DNA from: an uncultured Granulosicoccaceae bacterium
Lineage (GTDB): Bacteria > Pseudomonadota > Gammaproteobacteria > Granulosicoccales > Granulosicoccaceae
Direction of reading: 5' to 3'
DNA: 64,000 nucleotides
Assembly: GCA_964390335.1 (NCBI GenBank)
Contig: CAYMHU010000001.1
Span: forward strand, 158,225-222,224
A program made the translations under genes and the position numbers. This document shows positions 17,087 through 28,493 of the stretch, in pieces; the stretch's first letter is position 1, and each line of letters opens with the position of its first letter. The notes under the pieces were generated by a model. That model saw only the letters and a program-made list of their open reading frames with translations. It made no database searches and was not told where the DNA came from.

Positions 17087-17971
17087 TTATACGTTGGTTT
17101 GAAACGTATCGCATTGATTAGGATCGCCAAGCTCCAACCCGCGGTATAACCATTGCTGTCGCTGCTTTGAAGACCCGTGCGTAAACATATCCGGGTGCGC
17201 GCGACGACCGGCATTACGCATCAACACATCATCACCAATTTTTGATGCCGCATTCATGCCCTCTTCCAGATCGCCCGGCTCCAGCAGTTGAAAACGCTTG
17301 TGCGCATGATGCGCCCAGACGCCTGCATAACAATCGGCTTGCAGTTCTGCTAATACCGACAACTTGTTCGCCTGCACCTTAGGCACCTGACGCATGCGAC
17401 GTTGCACAGCCATTGAAACGCCTAGTTGATTTTGTACGTGATGCCCAACTTCATGCGCTAACACATAAGCCTGGGCAAAATCGCCACCTGCGCCCATGCG
17501 CTCTAGTTCGCGAAAGAACCCCAAGTCGATATAAACCTGGGAGTCACCGGGGCAATAAAAAGGTCCGGCAGCAGAGCTCGTAAAACCACACGCAGAATTG
17601 ACGCCGTTATTAAACAACACAAGCTTAGGCGGACGATATTGCTTACCGGCATTTTTAAACAGATCGATCCAGACATCTTCTGTTGTGCCTAACACATTCG
17701 CAATAAACGCTGACGCTTGATCTTCCGTGCGTAGCTTTGGCTGACCATCCGAGGTTTGTCGTTGTTGAGGGTTCAATTGCGGTACGTTACCGCCACCACC
17801 CATCAGCGGGCCAATAAGATCTTGTCCTAGGAACAATCCCAGCAATAACAAAATAATTGCGCCGCCGCCGCCAATTTTCATACCTGACCCGCCACGGGAC
17901 ATAGACCGGCCTGGCCCACGACCTCGGCGATCTTCCACATTTTGACTTTTTCGAGTGCGATTAAAACGCAT
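17087..17971 (-). CDS. ypfJ: Neutral zinc metallopeptidase (YpfJ family)
   Basis: SQNVEDRRG, SACG..SSAAGPFYCPGD, AYVLAHEVGHHVQ, ELQADCYAG, FTHGSSKQR; ATG 17971 with GGAG. Confidence 0.85.
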   Translation of the reverse strand: MRFNRTRKSQNVEDRRGRGPGRSMSRGGSGMKIGGGGAIILLLLGLFLGQDLIGPLMGGGGNVPQLNPQQRQTSDGQPKLRTEDQASAFIANVLGTTEDVWIDLFKNAGKQYRPPKLVLFNNGVNSACGFTSSAAGPFYCPGDSQVYIDLGFFRELERMGAGGDFAQAYVLAHEVGHHVQNQLGVSMAVQRRMRQVPKVQANKLSVLAELQADCYAGVWAHHAHKRFQLLEPGDLEEGMNAASKIGDDVLMRNAGRRAHPDMFTHGSSKQRQQWLYRGLELGDPNQCDTFQTNV

Positions 17972-18096
17972 GTTGGACTCCAGCCTATTTGATAACACTA
18001 CTTTTATTACACGTTGCGCAACACCGTGTTGTCGCGGCACCTTGTGGTACATTCTCTCACGAACCCGTACCGGGATAAAACCTTCACTTGCGGCCT

Positions 18097-18888
18097 ATGA
18101 GCTCCCGACACAATCCTGTACTAATCGATAGCCATATTCACCTGGACGACGAGCGGTTTTCCGACCAGCCAACCCAGCTGTTGACACAGGCAAGAGCACA
18201 CAATATTGCCGCATTTGTGGTGCCTGCCGTTTGCCAACGATTCTGGCCGCGCCTGAAAGCATTATGTGACGCGCATAACGATTTGTATGCCTGCTACGGC
18301 CTGCATCCCCGATTCTTCCACGAGCACGCCGATGAACATTTGCAACAATTGCCCTTATGGATTGGTAAAGAAGCGCCAGTGGCAATAGGAGAATGCGGTT
18401 TGGACTATGCGTATGCCGGCGCGGACAAATCCGCTCAGCAACACTTGTTCGGCGCGCAGCTGGCATTAGCCCGTGAATTTAATTTACCCATTGTTATCCA
18501 CGCCGTTCGGGCGGTTGAAGATGTCATCCGCATGATTCGCGCATCGGGACACCGAAACGGATTAATGCACAGTTTTAATGGCTCGCAACAACAAGCACAC
18601 CGGTTAATTGATCTTGGTTATAAAATGAGTTTTGGTGGCGCAGTAACCTACCCGAAGGCAGGAAAACTTCGCGAACTAGTGGCAAGCTTGCCACTGGATG
18701 CAGTGCTAATAGAAACCGACGCGCCTGATCAGCCACCGGTACCTTACCAAGGCGTGCAAAACCAACCGCACTATTTAATTGATATCTGGCAAAGCATTTC
18801 AAGTATCAGAGATGAATCAGCGGACGCTATTGCACAGGCGACCAGCCAAAACGCTCGACAACTATTCAATTTACCCGATGCAGTTTAA
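18097..18888 (+). CDS. TatD family DNase
   Basis: IDSHIHLD, YGLHP, AIGECGLDY, IVIH, MHSF, IETDAPD. Confidence 0.9.
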   Translation: MSSRHNPVLIDSHIHLDDERFSDQPTQLLTQARAHNIAAFVVPAVCQRFWPRLKALCDAHNDLYACYGLHPRFFHEHADEHLQQLPLWIGKEAPVAIGECGLDYAYAGADKSAQQHLFGAQLALAREFNLPIVIHAVRAVEDVIRMIRASGHRNGLMHSFNGSQQQAHRLIDLGYKMSFGGAVTYPKAGKLRELVASLPLDAVLIETDAPDQPPVPYQGVQNQPHYLIDIWQSISSIRDESADAIAQATSQNARQLFNLPDAV

Positions 18889-18922
18889 GCTGCTGCATTT
18901 CAAGTATTGGCGAAAAAATAGC

Positions 18923-19660
18923 TTATGGCGAGGTAGGCATTTTTTGCACTTCGCTTTCAATCCATTGTTGCGTTTCGTGCAGAATATCGGCCGCTTTGCG
19001 ACCCTTTGTTTTTATCAGCGGACCAATCACAATATCAATTTCGCCGGGCCACTTAATGTAACCATGGCGCGGCCAAAACACACCTGCGTTGTGCGCTATT
19101 GGTAACACATCTACACCTAATTCTTCGGCAACGATAGCGCCACCCATTTTATACTCCGGTTTGGCGCCTACTGCTTTTCTTGTCCCTTCGGGAAAAATAA
19201 TGACGCTCATCCCATTGCTCATTCGCTCCCTGCCCTGCTCAACCATTTGCTTTACCGCAGAGCGCCCTGAGCGTCGATCTATCAAGATAAAATTCAGGCA
19301 AATGAGGGCCCAACCAAAGATCGGGATATACCCTAAAGATTTCTTCGCTACGTACACAATGCGATTTAACAATGTGGGAATAAAGTAGGTTTCCCAAGTT
19401 GATTGGTGTTTAGCAAGCACCAATACGGGATAGTCCGGCACGTTCTCACGTCCTTGTACTTTCCACGTGATACCGCAAATGTGTTTTAAACCCCATAAGT
19501 TTCCGTGCAACCACCACACGCTCATTTTTGCCGAAAACTCGTATGAAATAAGCCTGCCAAGCAGTACTGGAGCGCCCATCAAAAGCGTGTAACTAATGGA
19601 CCAAATCCAAAATACCGTACTGCGCAACACTAATATGATGCGATTATGTTTAGTCTTCAT
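18923..19660 (-). CDS. plsC: 1-acyl-sn-glycerol-3-phosphate acyltransferase
   Basis: KHQSTWET, IFPEGTR, LPIAHNAG. Confidence 0.9.
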   Translation of the reverse strand: MKTKHNRIILVLRSTVFWIWSISYTLLMGAPVLLGRLISYEFSAKMSVWWLHGNLWGLKHICGITWKVQGRENVPDYPVLVLAKHQSTWETYFIPTLLNRIVYVAKKSLGYIPIFGWALICLNFILIDRRSGRSAVKQMVEQGRERMSNGMSVIIFPEGTRKAVGAKPEYKMGGAIVAEELGVDVLPIAHNAGVFWPRHGYIKWPGEIDIVIGPLIKTKGRKAADILHETQQWIESEVQKMPTSP

Positions 19661-20198
19661 CGTCCGGTGCTAACAGTTCATCAACATAGGCTGCAAGATT
19701 TTCGTATGCGGGAATGTGCTCAAGCCCTTTATTGGACTCGAGTGTTTTTTGTCCTTTACCGGTTTTAACTAATATGGGTTGAGCGGCGGCGGCCATAGCG
19801 GCTTGTATGTCTCGTAATGAATCACCGACAACCGCAACTTGCGATAAATCAATATCAAGTCGTTCACTGAGTGTGTACAACATGCCAGGGGATGGCTTTC
19901 TGCACGAACAATCGTCTGATTCGCTGTGCGGGCAAAACACCACGGTATCAATGCGCCCACCTGCTTGCGCCACCTGCTCGTGCATATGCTTATTGATTTC
20001 GTGCAAATCGTTAACGCTGAGTAAGTCTCGGGCGATACCCGATTGATTACTGGCAACCGCCACTTTATAGCCAGCCTGGTATAAGCGCGCTATGGCTTCC
20101 AAACTGCCTTCGATCGGCTCCCAGAGCTCAGGACCCGTAACCGGGCCGCCGATATCTTCATTTATGACGCCATCACGATCAAGTATGATCAGTTTCAA
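19650..20198 (-). CDS. gmhB: D-glycero-beta-D-manno-heptose 1,7-bisphosphate 7-phosphatase
   Basis: LDRDGVIN, SNQSGIAR, CPH..DDCSCRKPSPGM, GDSLRD. Confidence 0.9.
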   Translation of the reverse strand: MKLIILDRDGVINEDIGGPVTGPELWEPIEGSLEAIARLYQAGYKVAVASNQSGIARDLLSVNDLHEINKHMHEQVAQAGGRIDTVVFCPHSESDDCSCRKPSPGMLYTLSERLDIDLSQVAVVGDSLRDIQAAMAAAAQPILVKTGKGQKTLESNKGLEHIPAYENLAAYVDELLAPDDED

Positions 20199-20224
20199 CT
20201 AAGCACCCTCCGGCCCACAGGCAT

Positions 20225-22303
20225 TTATGCATCCGGCTGTAGCTGAGACAACTCTGCAGTGCACGAACACAAGGCATTGAGTTGTTTTAATAATGCTAAA
20301 CGATTGTCGCGAGTTGCTTTATCGTCGGTGTTCACCATGACATCATCAAAAAACGTATCCACACTGGTACGCAGCTCGGATGTTTTCATCATGGCATTTT
20401 GATAATCGCGATTGCCAAGGTCACTCTCAATTTTAGGTTGTAGCGTTTGTATCGCTTCATATAACGCACGTTCCGCAGGCTCAACCAATAGCGCATCGTT
20501 AACTGGCGTATCGTCAAAGTCAGTTGCTTTCTTAAGAATATTACCCGAGCGCTTGCTGGCAGCTGCTAATGACTCTGCAGCATCTGTTGCACGGAACTGC
20601 TTAATGGCTGTTAGCCGTGCCATGATATCCATCGGATTACTGACCGACTTTGCCAACACGGCTTCAATAACATCAGGGCTAAAACCTTGGTCTTGCGCAT
20701 AGCCTTTAAACCGTTCCAACACATATTCCAGAATGGATTCCGGCTGTAAATCGTTTGGTAAACGGTTGCCGTAACTGGCAATAGACTGTGCGATAAGTTC
20801 ATCCAGATTAATGTCGCGTTGTTTTTCAATCAAGATGCGCACAATACCTAAAGCACAACGCCGCAAACCGAAGGGGTCCTTTGCACCCGATGGCTTCATG
20901 CCCAATCCGTATATACCCACTAAGGTGTCGATTTTATCTGCAATTGAGACAACCTGAGACACGCCATGTTCGGGTAGCACGCCACCTGCCTGCTTAGGAA
21001 AATAATGCTCTTCCATGGCAGCTGACACAGCTTCGCTATGGCCATCGCGGGCGGCATAATAACGTCCTGCAATGCCTTGCATCTTTGCAAGCTCTTTGAC
21101 TATTTCAGTGTTTAAATCGCACTTACATAAACTGGCTGCAAGCGTGCTTTCATCGACTGACTCACCCAGTTGCTCGGCTAACCAACGACCGATTGCTTGC
21201 ATGCGCGCAACCTTGTCAGCAACACTGCCCAACTTTTCCTGGAACAACAACGAATCTAAACTGGCTTGATGATCGCTGAGTTTTTTCTGCTTATCTTGAT
21301 CCCAGAAAAACATCGTGTCAGCAAATCGAGGCCGGATAACCCGCTCGTTACCATCGATAACCGATTGCACTGAATGAGATTCCAAATTGGCAATAGTGAT
21401 AAACGCAGGTAACAGCTCATCGTTTGAATCCAGCACCGCGTAATAGCGCTGATTCTCTTGCATCGTTTGAATTAACGCCTCTTTGGGTATTTCTAAAAAT
21501 TTATCTTCGAAGGTACCCGCCACAATCACCGGCCATTCAACCAATGCTGTGACTTCATCTAACAATGCAGTATCGGACACAGCCGTACCACCCAACTCAG
21601 CTGCTTTCGCTTTTACCGCTTCATCAATGGCCTGTTTACGCTGCTCAAAACCGGGAATGACTTTATGCTTTGACAATTGTTCTGCATAGGAGGATGCGTC
21701 ATCCAGTTTGATGGGCTCAGGGCTGTGAAAGCGATGGCCTAGCGTGGTATTACTGGCGTTTAAATCAAACAAGCTGATAGGCAACACTTGGGTGCCATGC
21801 ATCGCAGTAAACCACACGACCGGACGCAAAAACTCATGGCTTTTATCAGCCCAACGCATACGTTTTGGCATGGGCATGGTTTTAATCACATCAGGTATTG
21901 CCTGATCAATGATGTCGCTTAAACTTTTACCTGCTTGTACTGTGCTCACTACCAACCATTCACCCTTAGGTGTTTCAATGGTGCTGACATCGTCAAGCGT
22001 TGCATTGGCTGATTTTAAAAAACCTAATAGTGCCTTTGATGGCTCGCCGTCGGTGTAAGCCGCTTTTGCAGATGGGCCGCGTCTTTCAACGGTTTGATCG
22101 GCTTGCTTGTCACCCACTGCATTCCAGCTTGCAGCAATGCGGCGCGGCGTTGCGTATATCGTGGCGGCGCTATCTGTTAAACCAGCTTTTATCAATACGT
22201 CTGATATGGCTTTGCCAAGATGTTCGGCCATTGGCAACACGGAAGCTGCAGGCAAATCTTCGCAGCCTACTTCAATCAGTAGTCCGGCGCGTGAATCAAC
22301 CAT
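20225..22303 (-). CDS. glyS: Glycine--tRNA ligase beta subunit
   Basis: [49 protein letters not shown]; start at 22303 overlapping glyQ. Confidence 0.95.
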   Translation of the reverse strand: MVDSRAGLLIEVGCEDLPAASVLPMAEHLGKAISDVLIKAGLTDSAATIYATPRRIAASWNAVGDKQADQTVERRGPSAKAAYTDGEPSKALLGFLKSANATLDDVSTIETPKGEWLVVSTVQAGKSLSDIIDQAIPDVIKTMPMPKRMRWADKSHEFLRPVVWFTAMHGTQVLPISLFDLNASNTTLGHRFHSPEPIKLDDASSYAEQLSKHKVIPGFEQRKQAIDEAVKAKAAELGGTAVSDTALLDEVTALVEWPVIVAGTFEDKFLEIPKEALIQTMQENQRYYAVLDSNDELLPAFITIANLESHSVQSVIDGNERVIRPRFADTMFFWDQDKQKKLSDHQASLDSLLFQEKLGSVADKVARMQAIGRWLAEQLGESVDESTLAASLCKCDLNTEIVKELAKMQGIAGRYYAARDGHSEAVSAAMEEHYFPKQAGGVLPEHGVSQVVSIADKIDTLVGIYGLGMKPSGAKDPFGLRRCALGIVRILIEKQRDINLDELIAQSIASYGNRLPNDLQPESILEYVLERFKGYAQDQGFSPDVIEAVLAKSVSNPMDIMARLTAIKQFRATDAAESLAAASKRSGNILKKATDFDDTPVNDALLVEPAERALYEAIQTLQPKIESDLGNRDYQNAMMKTSELRTSVDTFFDDVMVNTDDKATRDNRLALLKQLNALCSCTAELSQLQPDA

Positions 22304-23225
22304 GTGCTTCACCTCCTTCCGGCTTAAGCAACGGAAAACCCATGGCCTCTCGCCGAGCGTAATAGCTTTCTGCCACCTGGCGCGACAAGGTGCGCACGCG
22401 CAAGATATAGCGTTGTCGTTCAGTGACTGACAACGCATGCCGTGCGTCTAATAAATTAAATGAATGCGACGCTCTAAGCACTTGCTCATAGGCTGGCAAT
22501 GGCAGGTCCAACTCGCACAGTCGCGCGCATTCTTTCTCGCAGACATCGAATGCTGCATATAAAGCATCAACATCGGCGTGTTCAAAATTGTATGCCGACT
22601 GCTCTACTTCATTTTGATGAAACACATCACCATACGTTACTGTGCCATTTGCCGAAGTTCCCCAAACCAAATCGTAAACACTTTCCACTTGCTGGATATA
22701 CATTGCAAGGCGTTCAATACCATACGCCAGCTCACCGAGTACCGGCTTGCACGCAAGCCCGCCGCATTGTTGAAAGTAGGTATATTGAGTGACTTCCATG
22801 CCATTCAACCAGACTTCCCAACCTAAACCCCAAGCACCGAGTGTTGGCGATTCCCAGTTATCTTCAACAAATCGCACATCGTGCTCGAGTAGGTCAAAAC
22901 CCAGTGCGCTTAACGAACCTAAATACAGGTCCTGCATATTCTCGGGCGAGGGCTTCATTGCCACCTGGAATTGGTAATAGTGTTGCAGGCGATTCGGGTT
23001 ATCCCCGTACCGGCCATCGGTTGGGCGTCGCGATGCTTGCGTATGACACGCGTTCCAAGGCTCCGGGCCAATGGAGCGTAGAAAGGTTGAGCTGTGGAAT
23101 GTGCCAGCGCCCATTTCCATGTCGTAGGGCTGCTGCACAATGCAGCCTTGCTCGGACCAGTACTGCTGCAAAAGCGCAATCATGCCCTGAAATGTTTTTA
23201 CATCGTGCTGCTGAGCGACGCTCAC
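22296..23225 (-). CDS. glyQ: Glycine--tRNA ligase alpha subunit
   Basis: [46 protein letters not shown]. Confidence 0.97.
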   Translation of the reverse strand: MSVAQQHDVKTFQGMIALLQQYWSEQGCIVQQPYDMEMGAGTFHSSTFLRSIGPEPWNACHTQASRRPTDGRYGDNPNRLQHYYQFQVAMKPSPENMQDLYLGSLSALGFDLLEHDVRFVEDNWESPTLGAWGLGWEVWLNGMEVTQYTYFQQCGGLACKPVLGELAYGIERLAMYIQQVESVYDLVWGTSANGTVTYGDVFHQNEVEQSAYNFEHADVDALYAAFDVCEKECARLCELDLPLPAYEQVLRASHSFNLLDARHALSVTERQRYILRVRTLSRQVAESYYARREAMGFPLLKPEGGEAHG

Positions 23226-23507
23226 TGATGATTCTCCGAATCGTTCTTAATGCAAGACACACAGTTTACTGGACACATACCGATGTTGCGGCGATTTTTG
23301 TGCTTTAAACGAACTGTTACAGCACAACTGCTAAGCGCTGACTGATGGTATTCAGACAGTTTTCAGATAAACTGATTGGTCACATTCACAGCGTCAAATC
23401 ATGCGGCGTCCCCATAATACAGCACACCATTTCGGCGCTCGCCATACTGGGGTGAATGATCTAACATTATGATTCTAAAAGACTTATAAGTAAGGGCTTG
23501 CCAAATT

Positions 23508-24920
23508 ATGTTGTCTGCACATGATGTACTACAAGCGATTGAAGATAACGAAGTCAGGTTCGTTGATTTCCGATTCACCGATCCGCGCGGCAAAGAAATG
23601 CATTTCTCGATGCCTGCCAGCCAGGTGGACGAAGGTACATTTGAGGAAGGCAATATGTTTGACGGCTCTTCAATTGATGGCTGGAAGGGCATTAATACAT
23701 CGGACATGATCATGATGCCCGACGTATCAACCGCGGTGCTCGACCCCTTCATGGAAGAGCGAACCTTGAACGTTCGTTGCGATATTGTTGAGCCGGATAC
23801 CATGCAAGGGTACCAGCGCGATCCACGCACTATTGCGAAACGTGCCGAAGCTTACTTGCAGCAAACCGGCATTGCCGATCAAGCCTTCTTTGGCCCGGAA
23901 CCAGAGTTTTTCATTTTCGACAACGTTCGGTGGAAAACCGATATGAGCGGCATGAGCTACGCCATCAACTCGGACGAAGCCAGCTGGAACTCAAACGCTA
24001 AAATGGATGGTGGCAACATTGGTCACCGTCCTGGAGTGAAAGGCGGCTACTTTCCAGTGCCACCCGTTGATTCTCTGGCTGATTTGCGCGCCACCATGTG
24101 TTTACTCCTGGAACAAATGGGTGTTGAAGTTGAAGTGCATCATCATGAAGTGGCAACGGCAGGTCAGTGCGAAATCGGCACTAAATACGATACGCTGGTT
24201 AAGCGTGCTGATAGCGTGCAAACCCTTAAATACGTGGTGCATAACGTTGCGCACCAGTATGGTCGTACCGCGACGTTTATGCCTAAACCCATCGTGGGTG
24301 ACAACGGCAGTGGTATGCACGTGCACCAATCGTTGTTTAAAGGTGGCGAGAACCTGTTCGCTGGCGATCACTACGGTGGTTTGTCTGAAACTGCGTTGTT
24401 CTATATTGGCGGTGTTATCAAACACGCACATGCAATCAATGCATTCTCCAACGCCTCCACTAACAGCTACAAGCGGTTGGTTCCGGGATTTGAAGCGCCC
24501 GTTATGCTTGCCTACTCTGCACGCAACCGTTCGGCATCCGTGCGAATTCCATGGGTTTCAAGCCAAAAAGCACGTCGAATTGAAGTGCGTTTCCCTGACC
24601 CAACAGGCAACCCATACTTCACGTTTTCTGCATTAATGATGGCGGGCCTTGATGGTATTAAAAACAAAATCCACCCAGGTGGTGCAATAGATAAAGACCT
24701 GTATAACCTACCTCCCGAAGAAGATGCAATGATTCCTAAGGTGGCTAGCTCGCTTGACCAAGCACTGGAAGGATTGAATAACGATCGAGAATTTTTAACT
24801 GCCGGTGGTGTGTTCACCAATGAACAGATAGATGCGTATATTGAACTGAAGATGGAAGAAGTGACTCGCTTGCGCATGTCGACTCATCCGGTTGAGTTTG
24901 ATATGTATTATTCGCTATAA
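23508..24920 (+). CDS. glnA: Glutamine synthetase type I (adenylylatable GSI-beta)
   Basis: [36 protein letters not shown], retained DLY adenylylation tyrosine. Confidence 0.97.
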   Translation: MLSAHDVLQAIEDNEVRFVDFRFTDPRGKEMHFSMPASQVDEGTFEEGNMFDGSSIDGWKGINTSDMIMMPDVSTAVLDPFMEERTLNVRCDIVEPDTMQGYQRDPRTIAKRAEAYLQQTGIADQAFFGPEPEFFIFDNVRWKTDMSGMSYAINSDEASWNSNAKMDGGNIGHRPGVKGGYFPVPPVDSLADLRATMCLLLEQMGVEVEVHHHEVATAGQCEIGTKYDTLVKRADSVQTLKYVVHNVAHQYGRTATFMPKPIVGDNGSGMHVHQSLFKGGENLFAGDHYGGLSETALFYIGGVIKHAHAINAFSNASTNSYKRLVPGFEAPVMLAYSARNRSASVRIPWVSSQKARRIEVRFPDPTGNPYFTFSALMMAGLDGIKNKIHPGGAIDKDLYNLPPEEDAMIPKVASSLDQALEGLNNDREFLTAGGVFTNEQIDAYIELKMEEVTRLRMSTHPVEFDMYYSL

Positions 24921-24946
24921 CTGAGCCGTGTTAACCATGTAATCGC

Positions 24947-25891
24947 TTAAAACTCCTTAAGCACCCTAATCAACGCGGCAGCCGATTCTGGCCGATCAGC
25001 AGAGTTCTTACTAAGGCACTGCATAGCAAGAGCCTCAAGAATCTTTGGCACCGCGGCATCAGTAACGTCCGATGGTTTTGGTGGTACATCGTGCAACGTG
25101 CTTTGTATAACTTCATCAATCATTTCTCCCATAATCGGGGTACGGCCAGTAAGCGCTTCGTATAACAACACACCCAGACCATAGATATCTGAGCGAAAGT
25201 CGATATCCGGCGCCCGCTCAATTTGTTCAGGCGACATGTACAGCACAGTACCTTGCAACTTCTGGTAGCCCGTGATGCTGATATGCTCTTCACTGTTTTG
25301 CGCATCACTTTCATCGAGCTGATCCTGCTTGCCGTCCTTGTCCCAGACTTTGGCCAAGCCCCAGTCAAGCAGTAGCACTTCACCGTATGCACCGATGAGT
25401 ACGTTTTCCGGTTTGATATCACGATGCAGTACACCCATGGAGTGCGCGTACTCAAGTGCATAAGCCACCTGAATAATAATATTGACGAGCTGACTCAGAT
25501 CGTAGCGCTCGCGGTAATCAAAAATTTCACGCAAGGTATAGCCATGCACCAACTTCATCGTGAAGTAGTAGTGACCCTTTTTATTACGACCCAGCTCATA
25601 AGTGGGCACAGTGTTGGGGTGTTGCAACATGGCCGACACTCTGGCCTCACGCAGTAGACGTGTTTGCTCTACATCATCATCAGCAAACTCAGGCAACAAT
25701 GACTTGTAACAAATGACCCGGTTGAGGTGCAGATCCTTGCAAGATTGAATCAGCGATTTACCACCGCGCGCAATCGTCTTGAAATATGCATACCGGAAAT
25801 TAGGATCGGGTTTCTGCGCCAGTTCCTTATCGGTTTGCTCCAGCAACAACGGTTGTTTTTCGGGTAATTTCAGTTTCGGATATTCGCTCAT
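24947..25891 (-). CDS. Stand-alone Hanks-type Ser/Thr protein kinase
   Basis: IARGGKS loop, catalytic Lys (YKSL), REARV, HRDIKPEN, DWG, GTVLYMSPEQ; no TM or sensor domain. Confidence 0.9.
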   Translation of the reverse strand: MSEYPKLKLPEKQPLLLEQTDKELAQKPDPNFRYAYFKTIARGGKSLIQSCKDLHLNRVICYKSLLPEFADDDVEQTRLLREARVSAMLQHPNTVPTYELGRNKKGHYYFTMKLVHGYTLREIFDYRERYDLSQLVNIIIQVAYALEYAHSMGVLHRDIKPENVLIGAYGEVLLLDWGLAKVWDKDGKQDQLDESDAQNSEEHISITGYQKLQGTVLYMSPEQIERAPDIDFRSDIYGLGVLLYEALTGRTPIMGEMIDEVIQSTLHDVPPKPSDVTDAAVPKILEALAMQCLSKNSADRPESAAALIRVLKEF

Positions 25892-25968
25892 TTCAGCTAC
25901 CGATAACGGACTCTAACGAATCATAACTTCAGTATATTCCAGCCAGACGCCTAGCGTGCAACGGTATT

Positions 25969-26017
25969 ATCACCAAATTCTTGCATCATAAGGGATCGAA
26001 CGCACTCATAAGGTGCG
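25969..26017. promoter_or_regulatory. Tandem NtrC-like binding sites between kinase and glnII
   Basis: ATCACCAAATTCTTGCA (25969) and CGCACTCATAAGGTGCG (26001), 32 bp apart; consensus TGCACCA-N3-TGGTGCA. Confidence 0.5.
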
Positions 26018-26150
26018 TAAATTGACGCTAATTCTAGCCAATTCGGTCAATAGCCTTATGATTTTTGCTAAAGATACGCTTAATCCTTGAACAGGCCGTT
26101 GCGGATACTTTAGACTTGCAACCTTTGAAATTTGAGCTACGAGGATATCG

Positions 26151-27161
26151 ATGAAAAGCAAGTTGGAATACATCTGGCTGGACGGCTACGAGCCGACCCA
26201 AAGCCTTCGCAGTAAAACCATGGTGAGATCTAACTTCGGTGGCAAACTCGAAGAGTGCCCGATGTGGTCTTTCGATGGTAGCTCCACCGAACAAGCAGAA
26301 GGCGACGACTCAGACTGCTTACTTAAGCCTGTCGCAATCATTCCTGATCCTGACCGCAAGAACAGCTTCCTGGTCATGACTGAAGTACTGAACGCTGATG
26401 GTTCTCCACATGCATCAAATGGTCGTGCGACTATCGAAGAAGATGATGATGATTTCTGGTTCGGCTTCGAACAGGAATACTTCCTGATTAACACCGCCAC
26501 TAACTTACCTTTAGGATTTCCCGAGAATGGTTTTCCACGACCACAAGGTCCTTACTACTGTTCAGTCGGTGGCGCCAACGCTTTCGGCCGCGAGATCGTA
26601 GAAGAGCATCTGGATATGTGCCTGGAAGCAGGTTTAAATGTTGAAGGTATCAACGCCGAAGTAGCTGCAGGCCAGTGGGAATATCAGATCTTTGCAAAAG
26701 GCGCAAAGCAAGCTGGTGATGAAATCTGGCTGGCTCGTTACCTACTTGAACGTACCGCAGAAAAGTATGGCGTAGCCGTAGACTTACACCCTAAGCCACT
26801 TGGCGATACTGACTGGAACGGTTCAGGCATGCACGCTAACTTTTCAAATACTGCGATGCGTGAAGCTGGCGACGAATCCGTGTTCAACAAGATCTGTGAA
26901 GAATTCGGTAAAAACATTATGCGCCACATTAGCGTTTACGGTGCCGACAACGATCAGCGTTTGACTGGTAAGCACGAAACTCAGTCTATTGACCAGTTCA
27001 GCTATGGTGTATCAGATCGTGGTGCTTCTATCCGGATTCCGGTAGGCACTATTGAAGACGGTTGGAAAGGACGTCTAGAAGATCGTCGTCCTGCATCGAA
27101 TGCAGATCCTTATAAGGTTGCTGCTGCGATTATCAAGACAACAACTGAAGGATTGAGCTAA
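26151..27161 (+). CDS. glnII: Glutamine synthetase type II (eukaryote/rhizobia-like)
   Basis: EYIWLDG, WSFDGSSTEQA, QGPYYCSVG, GINAEVAAGQWEYQI, DWNGSGMH, RLTGKHET, EDRRPASNADPY. Confidence 0.92.
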   Translation: MKSKLEYIWLDGYEPTQSLRSKTMVRSNFGGKLEECPMWSFDGSSTEQAEGDDSDCLLKPVAIIPDPDRKNSFLVMTEVLNADGSPHASNGRATIEEDDDDFWFGFEQEYFLINTATNLPLGFPENGFPRPQGPYYCSVGGANAFGREIVEEHLDMCLEAGLNVEGINAEVAAGQWEYQIFAKGAKQAGDEIWLARYLLERTAEKYGVAVDLHPKPLGDTDWNGSGMHANFSNTAMREAGDESVFNKICEEFGKNIMRHISVYGADNDQRLTGKHETQSIDQFSYGVSDRGASIRIPVGTIEDGWKGRLEDRRPASNADPYKVAAAIIKTTTEGLS

Positions 27162-27262
27162 TCGTTCAGCCTCGAATGTAATGCAAACGAATTTGCATTA
27201 CAGCGTGTAACGTAGCTCATTCAAGCAGCCAACCAGCCACTGCTGGTTGGTGATGGTTGTCA

Positions 27263-27291
27263 CAAAAAGCCCTGTTTATCGGGGCTTTTTG
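27263..27291. terminator. Rho-independent (bidirectional-type) terminator after glnII
   Basis: CAAAAAGCCC-loop-GGGCTTTTTG. Confidence 0.75.
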
Positions 27292-27356
27292 CGTTATACA
27301 CCTAGTGAAAACCACATGTTTGGCCGATATACCTACCGAATACAGTGGTTTTAGAT

Positions 27357-28022
27357 ATGCCAAAGCAAGCATTTGCCAGTTTCAACTTAATCCGTAGCGC
27401 CCGCACCCAACTGGGTTCGCTGGCATTGTTGGGCTGCGCATACCTATTGATGGCAGCATCCCCTGTTGATGCCGGCATTTATAAATCAATCGGCCCCAAT
27501 GGCGAAATCATCTTTACAGATCAACCCTACGAAGCCACCGAAACAGTCAAAGATAAGGTCAGCACGCAAACCAGCAATAGCGAAGCGTTGGCTGCAAAGA
27601 ATCTGTCACCAGAGGCGCAAGACGCCTACGAGGTGGAAGACTGGAGCGTTCCAACCGAAGACGTTATTTCGCTAACCCCTGACCCAATAGCGCCTCCGGC
27701 TGCCGCCATGCCGTTTGAAGACGATGAACCTGAGGTAATACGTGTTAGCCGCGTTGATATTCTATCGCCGGTACACGATGCCATTTTTTCAAACCCCGAC
27801 GCCAAGTGGATTGAGTTTCAATCGTACCCAATGCCCATTAATGAAACCGGCTTAACAGCCGAACTGTGGATGAATAACCAGAAAGTCTCCAGCTCCAACA
27901 CGTTTATGTTGCGCATGCCGTCCCAGCCAGCTGGTTCGCATACCTTGCAGGTAAAGTTGGTTGATGCGGACGGGCGGTTGTTCATGCAATCAACAGCAAT
28001 TCAAGTACACACCACAAACTAA
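27357..28022 (+). CDS. DUF4124 domain exported protein
   Basis: Signal peptide then IYKSIGPNGEIIFTDQP; usual position between glnA and ntrB. Confidence 0.75.
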   Translation: MPKQAFASFNLIRSARTQLGSLALLGCAYLLMAASPVDAGIYKSIGPNGEIIFTDQPYEATETVKDKVSTQTSNSEALAAKNLSPEAQDAYEVEDWSVPTEDVISLTPDPIAPPAAAMPFEDDEPEVIRVSRVDILSPVHDAIFSNPDAKWIEFQSYPMPINETGLTAELWMNNQKVSSSNTFMLRMPSQPAGSHTLQVKLVDADGRLFMQSTAIQVHTTN

Positions 28023-28318
28023 ACCGGCTGGCCAGTAGGTCAACACGTTTTATTAACCGCAAGTCTTTTCTACTGCTTACAACTAATAGTTTGTACGACA
28101 AGTGGAAGCACTGATCTTGTCGGACCCGTTTATTTCGCTGAGTACCGTTCTTATGAAATTTTTACTTGGCGAAAAATACTGGAAGACAAAATTGTATCGC
28201 TCTGACTTACTCGGCTGATTACTGAGCTTGGGCGCTCGAGGCTGAGCGCTCTATCGACCTACCCCTATTTGTCCTCCGGACATTACCGCACTGCCCTCTG
28301 ACGACAAATGTCTCATTG

Positions 28319-28366
28319 CGCACTAATTTTGTGCATTTTTTTGCACCAATGCACTATCATGGTTCG
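28319..28366. promoter_or_regulatory. Tandem NtrC binding sites upstream of ntrB
   Basis: CGCACTAATTTTGTGCA (28319) and TGCACTATCATGGTTCG (28350), 31 bp apart. Confidence 0.65.
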
Positions 28367-28493
28367 ATTGTATTGGCAAAATCCAGCGCCACGCTCTGGC
28401 TATCTTATTGATTTTAATGTAGTTATGGTCTCTAAAAGCACGGATCTCATGCCAAACGAATAAGGTTCAAGATTTGCACCATGAGATATAGAG

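Noticed and set aside
22304-22438. N-terminal extension of glyS
   Set aside because: Overlaps glyQ; the real start with RBS is at 22303.
23408-23456. NtrC sites upstream of glnA
   Set aside because: Three partial matches (23408, 23423, 23440) are too degenerate to call, and no GG-N10-GC promoter was found downstream.
28397-28478. Sigma54 promoter for ntrBC
   Set aside because: TGGCTATCTTATTGAT lacks the -12 GC; AGGTTCAAGATTTGCA has the right spacing but would leave only about 5 nt of leader. Neither is convincing.
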